Positions 31,057-37,787 of a stretch of DNA of 59,184 nucleotides are shown here, in pieces. This DNA is from Clostridia bacterium. Its GTDB lineage: Bacteria; Bacillota; Clostridia; Christensenellales; UBA1242. A model generated the notes under the pieces. That model did not search any database. It saw only the letters and a list, made by a program, of their open reading frames with translations, and was not told the origin of the DNA. The position numbers and the translations under genes are program-made. The stretch spans positions 1 to 59,184 of the forward strand of contig JAZODG010000016.1 of assembly GCA_045596905.1 (NCBI GenBank), written 5' to 3'. Within the stretch, counting starts at the first letter, position 1, and each line of letters opens with the position of its first letter.

Positions 31057-33594
31057 ATGTCAGATAAATTAGTTATTATTGATGGAAACAGTATTTTTTA
31101 TAGGTCGTTTTATGCGCTTCCGTTGCTTTCAAATTCTGAAGGCGAATATTCGAATGCTGTTTATGGTTTTGCAATTCAAGTTATAAATATTATTCAAAAC
31201 ATTAATCCAAAATATATGGTTGTTGCTTTTGATGTTTCAAAAAAGACTTTTAGAAATGAAATGTTTGATGGATATAAGGCAACAAGAAAACCTATGCCAG
31301 ATGAACTCAGAAGTCAGATTGAACCACTCAAAAAGATGCTTAAGCTTATGGGTATTTCTATTGCTGAAAAAGAAGGTATTGAAGGCGATGATGTTATTGG
31401 TATTTTATCAAAGAAATTTTTGAATACTGAAACAATTATTGTTACTGGAGATAGAGATTCTTTTCAGTTGGTTGATGACACGACTTCGGTCTACTTTACT
31501 AAAAAAGGAACCAGTGATGTTAAGATTATGAATACAAAAACATTGCTTGAAGAATATGGTGTAACTCCAACTCAATTTATTGATTTGAAGGGTCTTCAAG
31601 GAGACACTGCTGATAACATTCCTGGGGTTGCAGGTGTGGGTCCAAAAACAGCAACTGACCTTATCTTAAAATATGGTTCAATTGAGTCTATTTATGAGCA
31701 TATTGATGAGATTTCTGGAAAGCTAAAAGATAAACTTGTTGAAGGAAAAGACATGGCGTTTTTATCAAAAAAACTTGCCACAATTTTGACTCAAGGCGAT
31801 ATTGATTTGAAGCTTGATGAATGTAAATTTGATTATCCATTTTCGTCAGCAGTTTACGAATATTTTAAAAAATATGAGTTTAAAACATTGCTTAAAAATC
31901 AAAAGAACTTTAATATGGCGATGGGTGAAAAAGAAGAAAATTTATCTGATAGTGTTGTAATAAAAAACGCAAATGATTTATCGGTTTTAGTGAAAAATAT
32001 TGAAAATATTGGCAAATTTGCATATTTTTTGCGTTTAGATGGGGTTTCTCTTGCTTACAACAATACTGAGCATTTTGTGTCTCTTTCACATGATTTGTTC
32101 TGCGAAGGGTTTAATGAAAGTGAGTTTTTTGAAATAGTTAAACCACTGTTTGAAAATGAGTCTGTTTTGAAGATTTGTTTCGATTCAAAACAAGATATGT
32201 ACTTTTTGAAAAACTTTAAAATCAAGCTTAAAAATTACTTTGATATTTCAATTGCAAAATACCTTGTTGATGGTGTTCCTGTTGATAAAATTGAAGACGT
32301 ATTTTTTGAAAAAAATCCAAATAATATTGCTTCAAGAATCATGAGTTTTTATGAAGAGTATTTGGTTAAAATTAAAGAGAATAATTTAGAGTTTTTGTTC
32401 TATCAGGTTGAAAACAGATTGTCAGAAGTTTTGTTCACAATGGAAGAGTCTGGCTTTAAAATTGATGAAGAAGTTTTAAATGAACTTAGGAAAAAATATG
32501 AAACAGAACTTGGAAATTTAGAACAAAAAATATATGAGATTGCCGGTGAGCAATTTAATATAAATTCACCAAAACAATTAGCTGCAATTTTGTATGATAA
32601 ACTTGGTTTGTCACATAACAAAAAACAGACAACAAGTGCAGAGCATTTGCAAGAGATTGAAAACGAACATGAGATTGTTAAGTACGTTTTGAGATATAGA
32701 AAAGTTGCAAAGTTTTTGAGCACTTATATTGTTGGAATCTTTCCACATCTTGATTCAAATCATTTTGTGCATACATACTTTAAACAAACGTTCACAACAA
32801 CTGGAAGATTGTCTTCAACTGAACCAAATTTGCAAAATATTCCAATCAGGTCAGACGAAAGCAAGGAAATCAGAAGCATGTTTGTTGCATCTGATGAAAA
32901 CCATGTTTTGATTGATGCAGACTATTCACAAATTGAGCTTAGACTTTTGGCGCATATGTCAGAAGATAAGTTGTTTGTTGAAGCGTTCAACAAGAACGAA
33001 GATATTCACACAAAAACAGCAAGTTCTGTTTTAGGTGTTCCTGAAGAGCTTGTTACAAAAGAGATGAGAAGAATTGCCAAGATTGTTAACTTTGGTATTA
33101 TTTACGGAATCAGTGAGTATGGTTTGGCAGATGATTTGAAAATAACACCAAAAGAAGCAAGGGATTATATTAAAAATTATTATCTCAAACACACAGCCGT
33201 TCAAGAATTTATGAATAAGGCTATTTTAATGGCTAGAGAAACAGGCAAGGCGACAACGTTGTTTGGCAGAACAAGAAAAATGTTTGATATTAACGCATCA
33301 AACTTTATGGTGCGTTCACGTGCTGAGAGAGCAAGTCAAAATATGCCACTTCAGGGCACTGCTGCTGACATTGTGAAAATTGCAATGGTTAACACATATG
33401 ATGCGTTAAAGCGTGGAGGATTTAAGGCGAAACTTATTATGCAAGTGCATGATGAACTTATCATAGACTGTCCGGCAGAAGAAGCTGAAGATGTTAAAAA
33501 GCTTTTAAAAGATGAAATGGAAAATGTGTGTGAACTTAAAGTTCCACTTGTTGTTGATGTTACTTCAAGCTATAGATGGAGTGACGGTCACTAA
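31057..33594 (+). CDS. polA: DNA polymerase I
   Basis: IIDGNS, 5'-3' exonuclease domain, TGRLSSTEPNLQNIP, DYSQIELR, QVHDEL. Confidence 0.98.
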   Translation: MSDKLVIIDGNSIFYRSFYALPLLSNSEGEYSNAVYGFAIQVINIIQNINPKYMVVAFDVSKKTFRNEMFDGYKATRKPMPDELRSQIEPLKKMLKLMGISIAEKEGIEGDDVIGILSKKFLNTETIIVTGDRDSFQLVDDTTSVYFTKKGTSDVKIMNTKTLLEEYGVTPTQFIDLKGLQGDTADNIPGVAGVGPKTATDLILKYGSIESIYEHIDEISGKLKDKLVEGKDMAFLSKKLATILTQGDIDLKLDECKFDYPFSSAVYEYFKKYEFKTLLKNQKNFNMAMGEKEENLSDSVVIKNANDLSVLVKNIENIGKFAYFLRLDGVSLAYNNTEHFVSLSHDLFCEGFNESEFFEIVKPLFENESVLKICFDSKQDMYFLKNFKIKLKNYFDISIAKYLVDGVPVDKIEDVFFEKNPNNIASRIMSFYEEYLVKIKENNLEFLFYQVENRLSEVLFTMEESGFKIDEEVLNELRKKYETELGNLEQKIYEIAGEQFNINSPKQLAAILYDKLGLSHNKKQTTSAEHLQEIENEHEIVKYVLRYRKVAKFLSTYIVGIFPHLDSNHFVHTYFKQTFTTTGRLSSTEPNLQNIPIRSDESKEIRSMFVASDENHVLIDADYSQIELRLLAHMSEDKLFVEAFNKNEDIHTKTASSVLGVPEELVTKEMRRIAKIVNFGIIYGISEYGLADDLKITPKEARDYIKNYYLKHTAVQEFMNKAILMARETGKATTLFGRTRKMFDINASNFMVRSRAERASQNMPLQGTAADIVKIAMVNTYDALKRGGFKAKLIMQVHDELIIDCPAEEAEDVKKLLKDEMENVCELKVPLVVDVTSSYRWSDGH

Positions 33595-33623
33595 ATTTAA
33601 AATAAATAACATATACTATCTGT

Positions 33624-34151
33624 ATGAAAAAGAAAATCTTTGTTTTATTTGCAGTGGTATGTGTTATTTTTTTTGTGTTAATTTTGGTCTTAAATGTTTT
33701 TGTCTTTCCAAGAAAGTATAAAAATTATGTGGTGGCATATTCAGAAGAATATGGTCTTGAAACTTCGCTTGTTTATGCGATGATTAAAGCAGAAAGTGAT
33801 TTTGATAAAAATGCTGTGTCTCCGTCGGGGGCTCTGGGACTTATGCAGTTGTTGCCGTCAACGGCAAAGTGGATTGCTGAAGAGCTGGGAGAGTTTTATG
33901 AAGACAGTTTTATGTTTAATGAAGATGTGAATATAAGGTATGGTTGTTTTTATTTAAAATATTTGTTTGATAAGTTTGGTGACACTGACACAGTTATTTG
34001 CGCATATAACGCAGGAGAAACAAAGGTTCGTGAGTGGTTTGAGAACGGGAGAGTTGTTATAGATAAAATTGATTATTTGGAGACGAAAACCTACTTAAAA
34101 AGAGTGAAGGGGTTTTATAACATTTACAAAAATGAATATTTGTATATTTAA
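33624..34151 (+). CDS. Lytic transglycosylase (SLT domain)
   Basis: IKAES, GALGLMQL, AYNAG, ET..Y. Confidence 0.92.
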   Translation: MKKKIFVLFAVVCVIFFVLILVLNVFVFPRKYKNYVVAYSEEYGLETSLVYAMIKAESDFDKNAVSPSGALGLMQLLPSTAKWIAEELGEFYEDSFMFNEDVNIRYGCFYLKYLFDKFGDTDTVICAYNAGETKVREWFENGRVVIDKIDYLETKTYLKRVKGFYNIYKNEYLYI

Positions 34152-34221
34152 TTGATTAATCGTCCTTGACATGTTTTTGCTTTTTCTTGTATAATTGTTT
34201 TATAGTATAAGAGAGGTTTTT

Positions 34222-34587
34222 ATGGAAGATATTTATTCATTTGTTGTTGATGCTGAAACTTTTGGCAAGGTTGTTGATGGAAAAAAGAATGTCCATTTGA
34301 GAATCAATAGTCCAAAACATAAGGTTTATGCTGTGGGAAATAGGATTACTTTTATAAAGACTCAAGAAGAAGGTGAAACTGAAAAACAAGTTCAAAATGC
34401 AGAAATTGAATCGTTATTGTATTTTGGAGATATCATGGAATCGGTTGAAACCCTAGGAAAAGAGAGATGTGGCTTTAAACCTGGTGCAACTTTTGATAAG
34501 GCTTCAGATACTTTTTTGGCTGGTGAATCTGTTGAAAGTATGGAAAAATACGGAATTGTTGCGCTTGTGTTTAAATTAGTTGATTAA
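34222..34587 (+). CDS. ASCH/PUA-like domain protein
   Basis: F..V..GKK....R.N, GNRITF, EKYGIVAL; GAGG RBS before 34222. Confidence 0.6.
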   Translation: MEDIYSFVVDAETFGKVVDGKKNVHLRINSPKHKVYAVGNRITFIKTQEEGETEKQVQNAEIESLLYFGDIMESVETLGKERCGFKPGATFDKASDTFLAGESVESMEKYGIVALVFKLVD

Positions 34588-34612
34588 TTTTTAAATTTTT
34601 TTGAAAAAATAC

Positions 34613-34641
34613 TAGACAAATTTCAAATTTAGGGTTATACT
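34613..34641 (+). promoter_or_regulatory. Sigma-A promoter of tRNA-Leu
   Basis: TAGACA-N17-TATACT. Confidence 0.7.
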
Positions 34642-34676
34642 TAGTTACGTAATTTGAAAAAATTACAACTCCCTTT

Positions 34677-34760
34677 GCGAGGATGGCGGAATGGCAGACG
34701 CGATCGTTTAAGGGGCGGTTTCCGAAAGGAGTGAGGGTTCGACCCCCTTTCCTCGCACCA
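34677..34760 (+). tRNA. tRNA-Leu (anticodon AAG)
   Basis: Acceptor GCGAGGA/TCCTCGC plus ACCA, anticodon stem ATCGT/GCGGT around loop TT-AAG-GG, long variable arm, GGTTCGA T-loop. Confidence 0.9.
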
Positions 34761-34761
34761 A

Positions 34762-34791
34762 AAGGCGAATCCAGCAGGGTTCGCTTTTTTA
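34762..34791 (+). terminator. Terminator after tRNA-Leu
   Basis: GCGAATCC-AGCA-GGGTTCGC followed by T tract. Confidence 0.75.
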
Positions 34792-34804
34792 TTTAATTTA
34801 GGAG

Positions 34805-35005
34805 ATGCTTATGGATAAACAAAATTTTGATGTTTATGCTGTACCAAAAAAGTCTGCGTATGTTTTGACAAAAGAGCAACTTAAAGAGCTTGAAAGTGGC
34901 AAAGATAGAACTAGGGCAATCAGACAAAGAAATGCTGAGACTTTTAGAAAAATCAATCTTCGTGTTACAGATGAAACAGAACAAGGATATGAACCTGGAG
35001 AGTAA
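34805..35005 (+). CDS. Small hypothetical protein
   Basis: AGGAG RBS and a downstream terminator AAAAAGACCTTT/AAAGGTCTTTTTT. Confidence 0.6.
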   Translation: MLMDKQNFDVYAVPKKSAYVLTKEQLKELESGKDRTRAIRQRNAETFRKINLRVTDETEQGYEPGE

Positions 35006-35116
35006 GAAAAAGACCTTTTTAAAGGTCTTTTTTGTTTTTTTGAACGAATAGCGTTATGTTTTGTTTGATAAAAGAAAATTAAATGTGTTATACTAACAAT
35101 ATATAAGGGGAATTAT

Positions 35117-35743
35117 ATGATTTCTAAAAAAGGTTTATTGATAATCTATTCGGGACCAAGTGGTGTTGGCAAGGGTACGATTAGAGAAAAAGTTTTTAAT
35201 AAGTTTAAAGACAGATTGTTCTATTCTGTTTCAATGACAACAAGAGCTCCAAGAGAAGGCGAAGTTGACGGAGTTGATTATTATTTTGTTTCAAAAGAAG
35301 AGTTTGAAAAGCAAATCGAAGCAGGAAACCTTTTAGAGTATGCTGAGTTTGTTGGAAATTATTATGGAACTCCAAAAGACAAGGTTGAAGAGAAACTTGC
35401 AGAAGGCTATGATGTTATGCTTGAAATTGAAGTTGACGGGGCGACTCAAGTTAAACAAAAGGTGAAAGATGCGATTTCAATTTTTGTTGTGCCACCATCA
35501 ATGGAAATTTTAGAAGCTAGACTTAAAGGCAGAAAAACAGAAGATGAATTTGTGATTAACAAAAGACTTGAAAAAGCCAGAAAAGAAATTGTTTTGGCAG
35601 GGCTTTATGACTATGTTGTTGTTAATGACGATATTGAAGAAGCAACTGAAGAAGTTGTGTCAATCTTAAGGTCAGGACATTTGAAAACTCCATATTCAAT
35701 TCCTGAATACTGCAAAAAACTAATGAAAAATATTAAGGGGTAG
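35117..35743 (+). CDS. gmk: Guanylate kinase
   Basis: SGPSGVGKGT, SMTTRAPREGEVDGVDYYF, GNYYGT. Confidence 0.97.
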   Translation: MISKKGLLIIYSGPSGVGKGTIREKVFNKFKDRLFYSVSMTTRAPREGEVDGVDYYFVSKEEFEKQIEAGNLLEYAEFVGNYYGTPKDKVEEKLAEGYDVMLEIEVDGATQVKQKVKDAISIFVVPPSMEILEARLKGRKTEDEFVINKRLEKARKEIVLAGLYDYVVVNDDIEEATEEVVSILRSGHLKTPYSIPEYCKKLMKNIKG

Positions 35744-35748
35744 TGATT

Positions 35749-36636
35749 ATGCCTAAAGGTAATGAAAAGTATAGTGCTTATTATAATGTTGAGCCTAAAG
35801 ATTATAGTGTTGAGTTTTCGCAATTTTTAAATAAGTTTGAAGACCCAAAAGGTAAAGTTGATGATATGGAGCTTTCTGATAAAGAACAAAAATGTTGGAC
35901 TGCTCTTAAAGAATATCAAAAGGAAAATGGTGGAGAAGAAAACACTCAAAGTGTTGATATGGATAACGTTCAGTTTAAGTATATAGTTAATCATCCAACT
36001 TATACTTCAATGATAAAGAATGTTGCTGCACTTGGAGTTGAAAATTGTGGTTATCCGTCATTTCAATTTACTGCATTTGATAAAAATAATATGGCGTGGA
36101 TTAATTCGATAAAGGCTGAGGCTAGCACATTAGGTGAGATTTTGGATAAGGCTCAAGAAGAACTTGATAAAAAAGAAGGCAAGAATAAAGACGAAGATAA
36201 TCCTGAGAATCAAAAAGAAGGCGAAAAAGAAACTGAAGGTAAAGAAGAAGGTAAGGAAGATAAACCAAAGGAAAAACAGACTGTTTGGGGTATTTTGGTT
36301 ACTAAGGCTAGAGAATCAAATGAAAAGGCTATGGGAATCTTCCATGATAAAGGTGATGCAACTTCAAGAAGAGCCTTTAAACCAGAAGTTGAGAAAGTTG
36401 ATGAAAATGAGCTTGAAAGCGATGAAATAACAGTTGAAATTGAAGAAGTTGAAAGTGAAAATCAAGGTGTTCATATTGACATGGATGTTATTGAGCAAGA
36501 AAGAGAAGCAGCTGGTTTAGTTGAAAAAGAACCAGAAACCTTGACTAATTTTAGAGCTCAAGACGAAGAAGGAATGTCACTTGAGCAAGAACAAATGGAA
36601 CAAATGTCAGAACGTGCTATGAGCATAGATGATTAA
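35749..36636 (+). CDS. Hypothetical, highly acidic protein
   Basis: Long E/K-rich ORF immediately after gmk; AAGGGG RBS. Confidence 0.7.
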   Translation: MPKGNEKYSAYYNVEPKDYSVEFSQFLNKFEDPKGKVDDMELSDKEQKCWTALKEYQKENGGEENTQSVDMDNVQFKYIVNHPTYTSMIKNVAALGVENCGYPSFQFTAFDKNNMAWINSIKAEASTLGEILDKAQEELDKKEGKNKDEDNPENQKEGEKETEGKEEGKEDKPKEKQTVWGILVTKARESNEKAMGIFHDKGDATSRRAFKPEVEKVDENELESDEITVEIEEVESENQGVHIDMDVIEQEREAAGLVEKEPETLTNFRAQDEEGMSLEQEQMEQMSERAMSIDD

Positions 36637-36649
36637 AAATAAAGGTGTC

Positions 36650-37594
36650 ATGAAGAAGTTTAAGAAGATTTTAAGTTTAATATTTATTCTTCCTGTTATG
36701 CTGTTTATGTGTGCGTGTGGGGCAAATGATGGTGATGTTGATGACGGTGCAAGTCAAACGACGCCACCTGCAACAGTAGCGCCTGAACAAGAACAACAGG
36801 AAGTTATACCATCACTATCAAATAGTGATGCCTTTTTGTTGGCGTTTAATTTGATTGAAGACTTTAAAGATGGTTATGAAGCAGATGATGAACTTAAAAA
36901 CACATATCTAGCTACCGTGGAAAACTGTGTGACAATACTAAAAACAAGTTCAGAGATTGAAGGTTTAACTTCAGGTTCTTGTGCTGCTGGAAATGATGTT
37001 GAAGTTGATGATATTGACACGGACTTAAATCATGTTGAAAAGATTTTGTATACAGATAAGTCAACGCTTGAAAAGGTTGATGTTAAGCTTCAGCTTATGT
37101 TTGGATATGATGCAAAAAATATTAACTTGTCATATAAGTTTATGTTTTTTGAAATGAGTGTGGATAAAAGAACAAACAGTTTCACATTTAACGCATACAC
37201 AGAAAACTCTATAGAAAAGAGTTCAATTGATTCAACTGGTAGTTTTGAATTTTGCAAGATAACTGGTGTGCTTGGTGATGAAGGAATGGTTGATTCAATC
37301 GATGTTTACTATTTTGACCGTAACACAAAAATTGAAGAAGTTTCAATTAATACAATAAACAACAACTATATCAAAAATTTTGAAGGTGTTCAGTATAAAA
37401 ACGGACAAGAAAATGTGTATTATTTATCATCACAAAGTGATGTAAGTATGGCAAATACATCTTCACATCAATCATTAACTGCAAGAGAAGTTGCACTTGT
37501 TTCGGTTTCTCAATATAGACAGTTTAAGTATAACGGAGCAATTGGAAGACTTCAAAACGCAAGTGAACTTTTGGTTCCTTTGATTGCTGATTGA
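36650..37594 (+). CDS. Hypothetical lipoprotein
   Basis: AAAGGTG RBS, MKKFKK signal peptide with lipobox-like MCAC. Confidence 0.7.
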   Translation: MKKFKKILSLIFILPVMLFMCACGANDGDVDDGASQTTPPATVAPEQEQQEVIPSLSNSDAFLLAFNLIEDFKDGYEADDELKNTYLATVENCVTILKTSSEIEGLTSGSCAAGNDVEVDDIDTDLNHVEKILYTDKSTLEKVDVKLQLMFGYDAKNINLSYKFMFFEMSVDKRTNSFTFNAYTENSIEKSSIDSTGSFEFCKITGVLGDEGMVDSIDVYYFDRNTKIEEVSINTINNNYIKNFEGVQYKNGQENVYYLSSQSDVSMANTSSHQSLTAREVALVSVSQYRQFKYNGAIGRLQNASELLVPLIAD

Positions 37595-37614
37595 TGATTA
37601 ATATGATTATATTC

Positions 37615-37643
37615 TTGACAAAAATTGTTTGCTGGAGTAATAT
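37615..37643 (+). promoter_or_regulatory. Sigma-A promoter for the leader peptide and MetRS-like gene
   Basis: TTGACA-N17-TAATAT; the expected +1 falls on or next to the A of the leader ATG (37650). Confidence 0.7.
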
Positions 37644-37649
37644 AGGGGT

Positions 37650-37685
37650 ATGGAAATTAGAGTAAATCAACAACAACAAAACTAG
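37650..37685 (+). CDS. Putative attenuator leader peptide MEIRVNQQQQN
   Basis: ATG GAA ATT AGA GTA AAT CAA CAA CAA CAA AAC TAG; the Gln run pairs with the antiterminator strand. Confidence 0.7.
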   Translation: MEIRVNQQQQN

Positions 37686-37775
37686 TTATGTGTGATGTTT
37701 GTCACACAAGCTTTTTGTTGCTTGTGGTTTTAACTTTTAAATCATCAAGCAATTAGACTTGATGATTTTTTATTT
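37664..37775 (+). promoter_or_regulatory. Ribosome-dependent transcription attenuator
   Basis: Segment 1 (37664-37681) pairs with 2 (37713-37730); 2 alternatively pairs with 3 (37739-37752); 3 pairs with 4 (37758-37768) to form a terminator with U tract. Confidence 0.75.
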
Positions 37776-37787
37776 AAGGAGAGTTTT

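Noticed and set aside
34700-34720. Reading the tRNA as Leu(TAA)
   Set aside because: Shifting the loop by one base destroys the anticodon stem; only the AAG register pairs.
37668-37679. Idea that CAA is recoded to Met, which would explain a CAA leader before a MetRS
   Set aside because: CAA encodes invariant Gln in conserved motifs here (UvrA GGEAQR, PolA YSQIELR), so the standard code applies.
37688-37756. Alternative uORF MCDVCHTSFLLLVVLTFKSSSN in the synthetase leader
   Set aside because: No SD, not at the predicted TSS, no Met run, and its sequence is explained by the hairpin arms; re-initiation after the leader stop cannot be fully excluded.
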